From NCBI GenBank assembly GCA_033582875.1, contig JAVQZW010000005.1, forward strand, positions 5,655 through 69,654: DNA of 64,000 nt, given 5' to 3'. The stretch comes from Acetobacteraceae bacterium (GTDB lineage: Bacteria > Pseudomonadota > Alphaproteobacteria > Acetobacterales > Acetobacteraceae). The notes beneath the pieces are model-generated. The model was given only the letters and a program-made list of their open reading frames with translations. It was not told where the DNA came from and made no database searches. The translations under genes and the position numbers were made by a program. This document shows positions 40,789-59,781 of this stretch, in pieces (position 1 is the stretch's first letter; each line of letters starts with the position of its first letter).

Positions 40789-41766
40789 TCAGCCCACGCG
40801 GGCCAGGGTTGCGTCGCGCGCGGCCCGAAGCCGGACGAAATCCGCATCCGCGTGGTAGGACGACCGCGTGAGCGGCGAGGCGGCCACCAGGGCGAAGCCC
40901 TTGCCGCGGGCAAGCGCGGCGAGCTCGTCGAACTCCGCGGGTGGGACGAACCGAGCCACCGGGGCGTGCCTCGGCGTCGGCTGCAGGTACTGGCCGAGGG
41001 TCAGGAAATCGACCTCCGCCGCCCGCAAGTCGTCCATCACCTGCACGAGCTCCACCCGCTCCTCGCCGAGGCCCACCATCAGCCCCGACTTGGTGAAGAT
41101 CGAGGGGTCCATCTCCTTCACCCGCGCCAGTAGCCGAAGCGAGACGAAGTAGCGCGCGCCCGGCCGGATGGTGGGGTAGAGCCGCGGCACCGTCTCCAGG
41201 TTGTGGTTGAAGACGTCGGGCCGCGCGGCGACCACGGTCGCGATCGCCGCCTCTCCCTTGCGCAGGAAATCGGGCGTCAGCACCTCGACCGTGGTGCCCG
41301 GGGAGGCCTCGCGGATGGCACGGATGGTGGCGGCGAAGTGCCCCGCCCCGCCGTCCGGAAGGTCGTCGCGGTCGACCGAGGTGACCACGACATGCGAAAG
41401 CCCCATGGCGGCCACCGCTTCCGCCACGCGGCGCGGCTCGTCCGCATCCAGCGGGGCCGGAAGGCCGGTGGCGACGTTGCAGAAGGCGCAGGCGCGCGTG
41501 CAGACCTCGCCCATGATCATCACCGTGGCGTGCCGGCGGCTCCAGCACTCGCCGATGTTCGGGCAGGCCGCCTCCTCGCACACCGTCACCAGGCTCTTCG
41601 CCCGCATCAGGCGGCGGGTTTCCAAATAGACCGGATGCGTGGGCGCCTTGACGCGGATCCAGGCCGGCTTGCGGGGGATCGGGGTTGGCTCGCGCTTCGC
41701 CTTCTCCGGGTGACGCTCTGCCCCGGTCCGCGGGCGGCGATGGTCGATCTCGATCCGGGTCGTCAT
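40789..41766 (-). CDS. lipA: Lipoyl synthase
   Basis: [38 protein letters not shown]. Confidence 0.97.
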   Translation of the reverse strand: MTTRIEIDHRRPRTGAERHPEKAKREPTPIPRKPAWIRVKAPTHPVYLETRRLMRAKSLVTVCEEAACPNIGECWSRRHATVMIMGEVCTRACAFCNVATGLPAPLDADEPRRVAEAVAAMGLSHVVVTSVDRDDLPDGGAGHFAATIRAIREASPGTTVEVLTPDFLRKGEAAIATVVAARPDVFNHNLETVPRLYPTIRPGARYFVSLRLLARVKEMDPSIFTKSGLMVGLGEERVELVQVMDDLRAAEVDFLTLGQYLQPTPRHAPVARFVPPAEFDELAALARGKGFALVAASPLTRSSYHADADFVRLRAARDATLARVG

Positions 41767-41818
41767 GAAGAAGACGTGGCGGCGTGGCGCAGGGTCGGCA
41801 AGCGGGCGCGGTCCCTCT

Positions 41819-43359
<1,541 letters not shown>

Positions 43360-44519
43360 TCACAGCATCATCTGCAGCGGGTCCTCGACGATGCCCTTGA
43401 ACACGCCGAGCCACTCGGCGGCCAGCGCGCCGTCGATCACCCGATGGTCCACGCTCAGCGTCACCGTCATCACGGTGGCGATGGCGAGCGCGCCCGCCTT
43501 CACCACCGGTCGCTGCTCGCCGGCCGCAACCGCGAGGATCGCCGCCTGCGGCGGATTGATGATGGCCGCGAACTCCCGCACCCCCATCATGCCCATGTTG
43601 CTGATGGAGAACGACCCGCCCTGGAACTCCTCGGGCTTGAGCTTGCCGGCCCTGGCGCGCGCGGCGAGGTCCTTCATCTCGTTGGAGATCGCCGCCAGCC
43701 CCTTGCGGTCGGCCTGCCGGACGATGGGCGTGATGAGGCCGTCGGGTATCGCGACGGCGACGGAGATGTCGACGTCCTCGTAGAGCACCATGCCGTCGTC
43801 CCGCCACGACGCGTTCACCTTCGGCACGCGGCGGAGCGCGATCGCGGCGGCCTTGATGATCATGTCGTTGACCGAGAGCTTGAACGCGCCCGGCCCCTCG
43901 GCCGGGGCCTTGGCGTTGAGCTCGGCCCGCAGTTTCAGAAGCGCATCGAGCTCGACGTCGACCGAGGCGTAGAAGTGCGGAATGGTCGCCTTGCTCTCGG
44001 ACAACCGGCGCGCGATGACCTTGCGCATCGTCGTGTGCGGCACGAGGCGATGGGGGACGGCGATGGGCGGGGGCGGCGGATGCGGTGCCGCAGGCGCAGG
44101 TGGCGTTGTCGGGGCAACGGCTGCCGTCGCCGAGGGCGCAGCGGGCGCGGCGGCGGGGGCGACGGGCGCAACGGGGGTGAGGGGCGCGGCGGCACCCTTC
44201 GCCATCGCCGCCTCGATGTCGGCCTTGACGATCCTCCCCCCCGGGCCCGAGCCCTTCAGCGTCGAAAGGTCGATCCCGGCGATCTTCGCCATCCGCCGCG
44301 CCAGCGGCGAGGCGAAGATCCGCCCGCCACCAGAATGTTCCGCTATCGGCCCGTCCTGGCCGTTGCCGCGTGCCGCCGTCGCGGTGGCAGGCGAAGGCGC
44401 GGGAGCGCTTGGCTCCGGCGGCCTCGCCGGTGCGGCGGGCGGCGATGCCGACGGTGCAGTCGCCGCCTCGCCCTCCGTCGACCAGTTCGGCGATCGGCGC
44501 GTTCACCGCCACGCCGGCC

Positions 44520-46099
<1,580 letters not shown>

Positions 46100-46112
46100 C
46101 GCGTCCCCTCCC

Positions 46113-47135
46113 TCAGGCGGCGGTCTCGACCAGCACGTCGGTGTAAAGCTCGCTCTCGGGCGGCTCGGGGCTCGCCTGGGCGAAGTCCGCCGCCTCCTGC
46201 ACGACCCTGACGCACCTCGTCCTCGATCGCGCGCAGGTCGTTCTCGCGCCACCCCGAAGTGCTCGAGCAGGACTTTGCGTGCGCCCTCGATCGGATCGCG
46301 CTCCTCGCGCATCCTCTGCACCTCCTCGCGCGTGCGGTACTTGGCGGGGTCGGACATGGAATGCCCGCGGTAGCGATAGGTGAGCATCTCCAGGAGGTAT
46401 GGACCGTTGCCGCCGCGGACATGGGCGAGCGCCTCCTCGGCGGCCTCGCGCACCTTGAGCACGTCCATCCCATCGACCTGCCGGCCCGGGATGCCCCACA
46501 CCGCGCCGCGCTGGGAGAGGTCCTTGGTGGGCGTGGCGCGCTCGACCGAGGTTCCCATGGCGTAACGGTTGTTTTCGATGACGTAGAGGACGGGAAGCTT
46601 CCACAGCGAGGCGAGGTTGAAGGACTCGTAGACCTGGCCCTGGTTCGCCGCGCCCTCGCCGAAGTAGGTCACGCACACATGGCCGTTCTCGCGGTACCAG
46701 TTGGCGAAGGCGATGCCGGTGCCGAGGCTCACCTGCGCGCCGACGATGCCGTGCCCGCCGTAGAACCCCTTCTCGGCGGAAAACATGTGCATCGATCCGC
46801 CCTTGCCCTTGGAGTAGCCGCCGATGCGGCCCGTCAGTTCCGCCATCACGCCGCTTCGGGTCCATGCCGCAGGCGAGCATGTGGCCGTGGTCGCGGTAGG
46901 AGGTGATCACCTGATCGCCCTCGCGCAGCACGGACTGGATGCCGACCACCACGGCTTCCTGGCCGATGTAGAGGTGGCAGAACCCGCCGATGAGCCCCAT
47001 GCCGTAGAGCTGGCCCGCCTTCTCCTCGAAACGCCGGATCAGCAGCATCGTCCGCCAGGCGGCGAGCAGTTCCTCGCGCGTCATCGCGAGTGCGGCCTTG
47101 CCCTTCCTCCTCGGCGTCGTTTCGGCTGTCGCCAT
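46113..47135 (-). CDS. pdhA: Pyruvate dehydrogenase E1 alpha subunit (frameshifts ~46852, ~46240)
   Basis: [37 protein letters not shown]. Confidence 0.93.
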   Translation of the reverse strand: MATAETTPRRKGKAALAMTREELLAAWRTMLLIRRFEEKAGQLYGMGLIGGFCHLYIGQEAVVVGIQSVLREGDQVITSYRDHGHMLACGMDPKRRDGGTDGPHRRLLQGQGRIDAHVFRREGVLRRARHRRRAGEPRHRHRLRQLVPRERPCVRDLLRRGRGEPGPGLRVLQPRLAVEASRPLRHRKQPLRHGNLGRARHAHQGPLPARRGVGHPGPAGRWDGRAQGARGRRGGARPCPRRQRSIPPGDAHLSLPRAFHVRPRQVPHARGGAEDARGARSDRGRTQSPARALRGGARTTCARSRTRCVRVVQEAADFAQASPEPPESELYTDVLVETAA

Positions 47136-47302
47136 GATCCCTCCCCGAAGACGGCTGTCCGTGCCGCGGCGACGTAACCGCGTCGGCGTTCCCAGGGCAA
47201 GACGCCGGAGGGCGTTGCCCGGACGGTCGCCGCCACGCAACAGCCGTTCTCGGAACCGGGCGGGTGTGTTGCGAAACGTGCGCGGCCGCGCCGGCCCCTC
47301 GC

Positions 47303-47634
47303 TCAGTAGAGGCGGCGGCCCGGACCGTAGGGGATGACGATCTCCTCGGGCTCCGCGAGGTTCAGCATCAGCCGCGCGCGCTCATCCAGCATGTCGCGAT
47401 CGAGGCTGCCCGGGCCGGAGCGAGGAGACGCGGCGTTCCGCCCGCGCCTGTTCCGCCTCCAGCCGCGCGAGTTCGGCGCGCGCCCGCGCGATCTCCTCCT
47501 TCACCTGGGCGAGGGCGATCAGCCCCCGCGTGCCGTGCAGGGTATGCCAGGCGAAGAAGGCGAGCAGCGCCATCCCCAACAGGGGCGGAACGACGCCGAA
47601 CAGAAGCGACTTCACCTCGCGCGCGAAGTGCCAT
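47303..47634 (-). CDS. ftsB: Septum formation initiator FtsB/DivIC (frameshifts)
   Basis: TM segment, G.RG, coiled coil, SLDRDMLDERARLMLNL. Conserved position between eno and pdhA. Confidence 0.82.
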
Positions 47635-47679
47635 GCGGGCGAGCAAACCACTCCCTCCCGCGTCGCGGCAAGCTTTCCT

Positions 47680-49062
<1,383 letters not shown>

Positions 49063-49085
49063 TCAGGCGCCATACTTCGCGCGCC

Positions 49086-50207
49086 ATGAGCGGTCCCGTC
49101 TTCCTCCTTCGCCTCTCCCTCATCACCCTGGCCGCCATCCTGGTCGCGTTCGCCTGGCAGTGGGCGCCGATGCTGCAGTCGATGCTTCTCGCCCAGCGCG
49201 CCGAGCCGCGGGTGGTCACCCCGCGCGGCGAGCTCGCCGACATCGAGCAGGCGACGGTCGCGCTGTTCGAGGCGGCGCGCGGGTCGGTGGTGCACATCAC
49301 GACCACGGAACGGGTGATCGACCCCTGGACGCGCTCCGCGCTTCAGGTGCCGCGCGGCACGGGGTCCGGCTTCTTCTGGGACGAGCTCGGGCATGTGGTG
49401 ACCAACCACCACGTGATCGCCAACGCCTCGGCGGCCTTCGTCCGGCTGGCCGACGGGCGGTCCTACCGCGCCGCCCTGGTCGGGGCGAGCCCGGCGCACG
49501 ATCTCGCCGTGCTGCGCATCGGCGTCGCTCTCGCCCGCCCGCAACCTCTGCCCATCGGCACCTCGAGCGATCTCCGCGTCGGGCAGAGCGTGTTCGCGAT
49601 CGGCAACCCCTTCGGCCTCGACTGGACCCTCACCACCGGGATCGTCTCCGCCCTCAATCGCGACCTGCGCACCGACGGCCAGGTGCTCGAGGGCCTGATC
49701 CAGACCGACGCGGCGATCAACCCCGGCAACTCGGGCGGGCCGCTGCTCGATTCGGCGGGGCGCGTGATCGGGGTCAACACCGCCATCGTCAGCCCCTCGG
49801 GGGCGTTCTCAGGGATCGGCTTCGCGGTGCCGATCGACGTCGTCAACCGCGTGGTTCCCCGCCTCATCGCCACCGGGCGCTACGTCCGGGCGGGGCTCGG
49901 CGTGCGGGTGGACGAGGGGCTGAACGCCGCCCTCGCCGGCCGCACCGGGACCGCCGGCGTGTTCGTGCTCGGGGTCGAGCCGGGTTCGGCGGCGGCACGG
50001 GCCGGCATCCGTCCCGCCGCGATCGATCGCGACGGCACCATCCGGCCGGGCGACGTGATCCTTGCCATCGAGGGCCAGGCGGTGACGCGGCCGGCGGAGC
50101 TGATCGCTTTGCTCGAGCGCCTCACCCCGGGGGCGCGCGTCACGGTCGCGATCCTGCGCGAGGGGCGGCGCATCGAGGTCGCGGTCGAGCTCGATGCGGT
50201 GCGCTGA
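49086..50207 (+). CDS. HtrA/DegP-family serine protease (trypsin + single PDZ), N-terminal membrane anchor
   Basis: GTGSGF, TNHHV, DLAVL, IQTDAAINPGNSGGPL, GDVI PDZ. Confidence 0.93.
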   Translation: MSGPVFLLRLSLITLAAILVAFAWQWAPMLQSMLLAQRAEPRVVTPRGELADIEQATVALFEAARGSVVHITTTERVIDPWTRSALQVPRGTGSGFFWDELGHVVTNHHVIANASAAFVRLADGRSYRAALVGASPAHDLAVLRIGVALARPQPLPIGTSSDLRVGQSVFAIGNPFGLDWTLTTGIVSALNRDLRTDGQVLEGLIQTDAAINPGNSGGPLLDSAGRVIGVNTAIVSPSGAFSGIGFAVPIDVVNRVVPRLIATGRYVRAGLGVRVDEGLNAALAGRTGTAGVFVLGVEPGSAAARAGIRPAAIDRDGTIRPGDVILAIEGQAVTRPAELIALLERLTPGARVTVAILREGRRIEVAVELDAVR

Positions 50208-50225
50208 CAGCGCAGGCGCCCCTGC

Positions 50226-52780
<2,555 letters not shown>

Positions 52781-52798
52781 TCAGGCGAAACGCCGGAC

Positions 52799-53111
52799 TC
52801 AGTTGATGGGTACGATCGGGGCCGGCGCGGGGGCGGCCGGGGCGGCGGGCGGGGGCGAATCGAGCAAGGACGGCGCTTGTCGGCCGCTCTGGTTGATCAG
52901 CGCGAGCGCGAGGCTGAGCGCGAAGAACAGCGTGCCGAGCACGGCGGTGGTGCGGGTGAGCAGGTTCGCCGTCCCCCGCCCGCCCATGAAGGCGCCCGAG
53001 CCCGCCCGAGCTGCCGATGCCGAGGCCCCCGCCCTCGCTCCTCTGCAACAGGACGACCGCGATCAGGGCGATGGTGACGAGAAGGTGCAGGATGAGAAGG
53101 ACGGTGAACAT
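52799..53111 (-). CDS. secG: Preprotein translocase subunit SecG (frameshift ~53005)
   Basis: VLLQRSEGGGLG, GRGTANLLTRTT. Located between tpiA and pyrG. Confidence 0.9.
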
Positions 53112-53176
53112 GCAGAGCCCGGGCTGCCGCTGCCGCTTCTAGCGCCGCCTGCCCCGCCGCGCCACCCCGCCTCCGC

Positions 53177-53946
53177 TCACGCCACGGCGACGGGGGCGGC
53201 GGCAATGATGGCGAGGAACTCCTGCGCCTGCAGCGACGCCCCCCCGACCAGCGCGCCCCCCACCTCCGGCACGGCGAGGATCGGCTTCGCGTTAGCGGCC
53301 TTCACCGAGCCCCCGTAGAGGATGCGCACGGCTGCCCCCGCCGCGCCGAACCGGGCGACGAGGCGGGCCCGGATCGCCCCATGCATGGCGGCGATGTCGG
53401 CCTCGGACGGGGTCCGCCCGGTGCCGATCGCCCAGACGGGTTCGTAGGCGACGACGCCGCCGGCGGCGGCAAAGCCTTCCGGCAGGCTGGCCGCGAGTTG
53501 CGCCTCCACCACCGTCTCGGCTCTGCCGGCCTCCCGCTCGGCCAGTGTCTCGCCCACGCACACGATCGGGGTCAGCCCCGCCGCCATCGCCGCCTCGGCC
53601 TTGGCGCGCACGAGCGCATCGCTCTCGCCGTGGTCTGCGCGCCGTTCCGAATGGCCGAGGATGACGTAGCTGACGCTCCGGCGTCCTCTCAGCATCGGGG
53701 CCGAAACGTCGCCCGTGTGCGCGCCGGCAGGCCCTCGGGTGACAGTCCTGCCCACCGACCGCAACGGAGGAGCCGGCGACCGCCGCGCGCCACCCGCTCG
53801 ATCAGGGTGAAGGGCGGGCAGAGCAGCACGTCCAGCCCCGTTGCTCACCGTCGCAGGCGAGGCCCTCGCGCACGGCCCGCGGCGAGGCGCACGCCGTCCT
53901 CCCCGAGCCCGTTCATCTTCCAATTGCCGGCGATCAATGGCCGCAT
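53177..53946 (-). CDS. tpiA: Triosephosphate isomerase (several frameshifts)
   Basis: [44 protein letters not shown]. Confidence 0.93.
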
Positions 53947-54075
53947 CGCGCTCCCTCCGTCCCTTCCCCTCGGCCCTTTCCATGGCGGTCGGGTCTTCGC
54001 AACCCCCCGCGTTGCGCCCCTCTCCCCCTTCTGTAGGGTCCGCCGCCCGACCCGCCCGGAGGCCCGAACCCCGCG

Positions 54076-55967
54076 ATGCTCGCCGCGATCCGCAACTCGC
54101 TGAACAGCTGGATCGTCAAGGCCCTGTTCCTGGTGCTCATCGCCTCCTTCGCGGTTTGGGGGATCGGCGACTTCGTGCGCGGCACCCCGGCAGAACGCAG
54201 TGTCGCTCGCGTGGGCGATGCCAAGGTCTCGCTTGCCGAGGCGACCGAGGCCTATCAGCGCGAGCTCGCGCAACTTCGCCGCTCCCTCGGCGGGCAGTTC
54301 GAGCCCACCGGCCCGGTGCGCCAAGCCATCGCCGAGGCGGCGCTCGGGCGGCTTCTGGCGTTGCGGGCGCTGGATCTCGAAGTCGAACGGATCGGGGTGG
54401 TGGTGCCTGATGAGGCGCTGCGCGAGGCGGTGTTTTCCGCCGAGGTGTTCCGCGGCGCGGACGGGCGGTTCTCGCGGCTTCAGTTCCAGGCCTTCCTGCG
54501 CAACCAGGGGCTGACGGAACGGCGCTTCCTCGAACTCCTGCGCGGGGATCTCGCGCGCGGGCAGCTGGTGGGGTCCGTCCGCGTCGGCGCGCTTGGCCCC
54601 CGAGGCGCTCGCGGCCGCACTGTTCGCATATCGCAACGAAAGACGGGTGGCCGACCTCGTCGAGCTTCCCTTCGTCGCCTCCCCCGCCCCCGTCGAGCCG
54701 ACGGAGGAGCAGCTCAGGCGGCACTACGACAACAATCCCGACCTGTTCACCGCTCCCGAATTCCGCGCGGTGACGTTCATCCTTCTCGCCGTCGACGACC
54801 TCGCGCGCGAGATCGAGATCCCGGAGCCCCAGCTTCGCACTGCGTACGACGAGAGGAGAGGCGAGTTCTCTTCGCCCGAACGGCGCGTCATCGCCCAGGT
54901 CGTGGTTCGGGACGAGACGCGGGCCCGGGCGATCGCCGCGGCCTGGGCGGCCGGGGCGTCGATGGCGAACATTGTCGCCGAGGCCGAGGCCGCCGGTGGC
55001 ACCGCCGGCGTGCTCGGCCGGCTCTCGCGCGAGGAGCTTCCCCTGCCGGCCCTGGCCGAGGCCGCTTTCGCCCTCCCAGCGGGAGGCGTCAGCGAGCCGA
55101 TCCGCAGCCCGTTCGGCTGGCACGTGGTGCGGGTCGAGGAGATCGAGCCGGCGACGGAACGGAGCTTCGATGAGGCGCGCAACGAGCTGCAGGCGGCTTT
55201 GGCCCGCGAGCGCGCGGCGGAGCTGATCTACGCCCGAGCCAACCGGGTCGAGGATTCGCTCGCCGCCGGGATGCCGCTCGAGCAGGTGGCGCGCGCGCAC
55301 GGGCTTCGTCTCCTGTCCTTCGCCGCCATCGACGCCACCGGGCGCGGGCCTGCAGGGCGAACCGCTCGATCTCCACGGGCTGCCCGGGGAGGCTCTGGCC
55401 GGCGCCTTCGAGGCCGGCCCAGGGGCGATCCCGCGCCTGACCGAGGCTCGCGACGGCACCTTTTACGCCCTTCGCCTCGACGGCATCACGCCTCCGGCAC
55501 TTCGCCCTTTCGAGGCGGTCGTGGCCGAGGTGCGCGCATCCTGGGAGCGCGACCAGCGCCGCCGCGCGATGGAGGAGGAGGCGGCCCTGCTGCTCGCCCA
55601 AGTGCGCGAGGGAGCAACGCTCGAGGAGGCCGCCCGGCGCCGCGGTTGGACGCCGCGCCGCACGCCCCCCTTCCGCCGCGACGGCTCGGAGGCCGGCGCC
55701 CCGCCGCCGCAGATGGCGCAGGCGCTGTTCGCTCTCGCCCGCGGCGAGGCGACGATGATCGAAACCGCCTCCGGCTTCCTTGTCGGCTCGGTGGTGGCGA
55801 TCGAGGCCGCAGGCGAGGACCGTGCGGGGCGCGCCCGCGTGGCGCGCGAGCTCGCGGGCGCGATCGCGGACGATCTCGAGGCGCAGTTCCTCGAGGCGCT
55901 GCGCACGCGGGCGGGGGTCCGGGTCGACGCCAACGCGACACGGCTGATCGCGGGCGACCCGCCGTGA
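54076..55967 (+). CDS. ppiD: PpiD/SurA-N domain peptidyl-prolyl isomerase-like chaperone (frameshifts ~54595, ~55355)
   Basis: N-terminal anchor SFAVWGIGD, parvulin-like [13 protein letters not shown]. Conserved position between tpiA and trpE. Confidence 0.85.
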
Positions 55968-57520
55968 CGCCCGCCCCGCCCGGACCGCGAGGCGTTCCGC
56001 GCTGGCCTACGAGGCGGGCCGCCCGCAGCTCCTCTGGACGACCACGGTCTCCGACCTCGAGACGCCCGTCTCCGCCTTCCTCAAGCTCGCCGCGGGCCGG
56101 CCGAACGCCGTGCTTCTGGAAAGCGTCGAGGGCGGCGCGGCGCGTGGGCGCTACTCCATCATCATGCTCGACCCCGACCTCGTCTGGCGCGTGCGCGGCG
56201 ACCGCGCCGAACTCAACCGCTTCGCTCTCACCGACCCCGAGGGCTGGCGGACGGAGGAGGTCGGCGCGCTCGCCTCGCTCCGTCGCCTGATCGCGGAGAG
56301 CCGGGTCGACATCCCGCCCGGCCTGCCGCCGATGAGCGCGGCTTTGGTCGGCTATCTCGGCTACGACTTCGTCCGCCGCATCGAGCGCATCCCGGAGACG
56401 AACCCCGACCCGCTTGGGCCTGCCTGACGGGATCCTGCTCCGCCCGACCGTGGTCGCGGTGTTCGACACCGTGCTCGATACCCTGACCTTCGCCACCGCG
56501 GTGCGGCCCGCGCCCGGGTATCGGCGCAGATGCGGCGCGCGAGGCGGCGGAGGCCCGTCTTGCCGCCGCCGTCTCCGCCCTCGCCCGACCTCTGCCGCCG
56601 CCGCCCGCCGCGCGGCCCGCAAGCCCCGACCTCGGCCAGGTCGCCTCCAACATGACGCGCGAGGCGTTCGTGGCGGCGGTGGAGCGGGCGAAGGAGTACA
56701 TCCGCGCGGGCGATGCGTTCCAGATCGTGCTCAGCCAGCGCTTCGCCGTGCCCTTCGCGCTGCCGCCCTTCGCGCTCTACCGCAGCCTGCGTCGCCTCAA
56801 CCCGTCGCCCTTCCTGTTCTTCCTCGATTTCGGCGGCTTCGCGGTCGTCGGCTCCTCGCCCGAGATCATGGTCCGGCTGCGCGACGGCACCGTCGACCAT
56901 CCGCCCGCTCGCCGGCACGCGGCCGAGAGGGCGCCACGCACGAGGAGGACCAGCGTCTCGAGCGCGAGCTGCTCGCCGACCCGAAGGAGAGGGCGGAGCA
57001 CCTGATGCTGCTCGACCTCGGGCGAAACGACGTCGGCCGGGTGGCGGAGGTCGGCACCGTGACGGTGAAGGAACAGTTCGTCGTCGAACGGTATTCCCAC
57101 GTCATGCACATCTCCTCGCACGTCGAAGGCCGGCTGCGGGCGGGGTGCGACGCGGTCGATGCGCTGATGGCGGGGTTTCCCGCCGGCACGCTGTCGGGGG
57201 CGCCGAAGGTGCGGGCGATGGAGATCATCGAGGAGCTCGAGCCGGAACGGCGGGGGCTCTATGCGGGCTGTGTGGGCTACTTCGCGGCGAACGGCGAGAT
57301 GGACACGGCGATCGCGCTCCGCACGGCGGTGGTGAAGGATCGCGTGATGTACGTCCAGGCCGGCGCAGGCGTGGTGGCCGATTCCGATCCCGAGGCCGAA
57401 TGGCGCGAGACGATGGCCAAGGCGCGCGCCTTGATCCGCGCAGCGGAGGAGGCGGTGCGCTTCGCCGCCGGCGGCGGGGCGTTGAGGCCGGCAGGGTTCA
57501 GAACGCGCGGCCGCCGCTGA
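55964..57520 (+). CDS. trpE: Anthranilate synthase component I (several frameshifts)
   Basis: [53 protein letters not shown]. Confidence 0.92.
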
Positions 57521-58131
57521 AGGGCTGGGACGGCTGCGCCGGACGCGGCGCTGGCCGCTGCGCACCATCCCACGGGTCCGGAGCGGGGCGGGGGGCGGCG
57601 TCGAAGGGCTGCGTCGGCGCATGATCCTCCGACCAGGGCCGCCGCACACTGCAGGAAGGCGCGACTGACGCGCAACGTCCCGGCCAGTCCCGTCCGCCAC
57701 TGGCCCTCGTCGCCGTCGTGGAAGCGGATCGTCATCCAGTTGCCCCAAGCGAAGGCGTTCACGAAGCCGAACAGCTCCTCGGCCGTGCGGAAGGTCCCCT
57801 CGATCAGCGCGGGGTTGCGCGTTCCGCTGAAGCGCCCGGTCCAGACATGGCGCCCGTCGATCGCGAAGGACACGGTCATCCGCGCCGATGCGGGAACATT
57901 CCACCCCTCTTTGCGCAGATGGATGTAGGCGGCGGTCCGATCGAGCTTGATCATCAGCGCGTAGGGTCCGGTGAACTGGCTGATGCCGCAGAGCGGGATG
58001 CCGCGGTCGCCGAGGGCGAGGTAGGCCTCCCAGACCCCGGCCCGCTCGAGCACCGTGGTGCCTGCCAGCACCGGCCCGCTGCCCAGGGCCAGGGCCACCA
58101 CGACCGCTGCTCGACACCACCCACCGCCCAT
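57498..58131 (-). CDS. Hypothetical exported protein with Pro/Gln-rich tail (probable frameshift ~57625)
   Basis: Signal-like [16 protein letters not shown], then a globular region with two Cys. The shifted frame gives a PTQPF...PSQPF tail ending TGA at 57498. Confidence 0.6.
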
Positions 58132-58235
58132 CGACGTCTCCCGACGACCGGCAGGGGCGAATGCTACCTCCGCACGGGCGGGCGTGCGACGACAAGATCT
58201 GACGGAGAAAGCCGCTGCGCCCCGATCCGGCGCCT

Positions 58236-59458
58236 TCAGGGCTGAAGCCCGAGCGCCTCGGCCGCGGCTTCGGCGAGAGCAAGCAGCGCGCGATCCCGCC
58301 CCGGCGCGGCGAGCAGGCTCAGGCCCACCGGCGCCCCGTCCACCTTCGCCGCCGGCATGGTCACCTCGCAGGCCCCGGCGAAGCCGGCGTAGGAGGTGAC
58401 GCCGATGGTCCGCTCGCGCACCTCGAGGATCTCCTGAGGCGTGGCGGTGAGGCGCGGCGCCGGAATGGGCGAGGTGGGAAAGACAAGCACCGCGCCGCCG
58501 CCGAGCACCCCCCTGAGCCTCGCCGAAGCGGTGGCGCGGAACGCGCGCGCCCAGGCGCTCTTCTGCGGCGTCTGGTGGCGGGCGAGCTCGAAGCGCTGCG
58601 CCACCGCAGGCGACAGTTTCGGCTGCACCGAGGCCACCCAGGGCCCGAGGGCGGCGAGATTCTCCTCATTGTTGCAGGCGCGGAACGCATCGAACCAGGC
58701 GTGCAGCCCCTCGACCGCAACCTCCACCTGCACCGCCCGCCCGAAGCGGGCCTCCAGCCGCTCGAGGACGAGCGACAGCGCCTGCGCCACCGCCGGGTCG
58801 GCGTTCATCCACGCCTCCTCAGGCTTGAGGAGAGGGCCCAAGGCCCCCTCCCCGCCCGCCGGCAGGAGCACCTCGCCCACCCGGCGCAGCACCGTGGCCG
58901 AGCGCGCGAACCAGCCCACCGTGTCGAAGGAAGGAGCAAGCGGCAGCACCCCGCAGGCGTTCACCGCGCCCCAGCTCGGACGGAACCCGAAAAGCCCGCA
59001 ATAGGACGCCGGGATGCGCACCGATCCGGCCGTATCGGAGCCAAGCCCGATGTCGAACAGGCCCGCCGCGCAGCCGGCGGCCGACCCCGCAGGACGATCC
59101 GCCCGGGATAACGATCGGGACAGGCGGGGTTCGTCGGCGTGCCGTACCAGAGGTTTTCGCCCGTCAGCCCGGCGGCGAGCTCGACCGTCTTCGTCCGGCC
59201 CACCATCTCCGCTCCCGCCTCGCAGAGGAGAGTGACGGCCGGAGCCGTCACCACGGCCGGGGGGTGGGTGCGCGCCCAGTCCGGGTTGCCGAAGCCGGTG
59301 ACGTGGCCCGCGATCTCGAACACGTCCTTCACCCCGAGGGTGAGGCCCGCAAGCGGGCCGGACGCCGCACCGGAAAGCCTGATCCGTTCGCCGGGGACAA
59401 AGGCGCCGACGGGGTCGTCCCGATCCGCCACCCGTTCCGCCGTCTCCGCCCTGGCCAT
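58236..59458 (-). CDS. Amidase signature family protein (frameshift ~59100)
   Basis: GVKDVF, PGGSS.GS (across the frameshift), GSDTAGSVRIPASYCG. Confidence 0.9.
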
Positions 59459-59523
59459 CGCGCGTGTCCTCCTCGATCAGCCGGCACTCTACGCCGCCTG
59501 CGGCGCGACGGAACCCCTGCTCC

Positions 59524-59781
59524 TCAGCCGAGGACGAGCTGAAGCAGGGCGTCGGCCAGGAAGGCGCCCGGATAGGCGAAGAGAGCGCCGAGCAGGAGCA
59601 GGATCAGCAGCCGCCGACTGCCCCGGCCGAACCCCGCCAGCAACCGCACCGTTGGCGAGGGTACGCGTCGCGCCCTGCCGCGACGCGCGCGCGCGGGCGC
59701 CTGCGCCGCGCGACGACCGGGTCGTTCCGCGACCCTGGCACGGGCGGAAGCGGGCGGGCGACGACTCGGACGGCGGCTCAC
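59524..59781 (-). CDS. Small putative membrane protein coupled to copA
   Basis: GTG overlaps the copA stop (GTGA). Arg-rich N-terminus, then hydrophobic LLILLLLGALFAYPGAFLADALLQLVLG. Confidence 0.45.
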   Translation of the reverse strand: MSRRPSRRPPASARARVAERPGRRAAQAPARARRGRARRVPSPTVRLLAGFGRGSRRLLILLLLGALFAYPGAFLADALLQLVLG

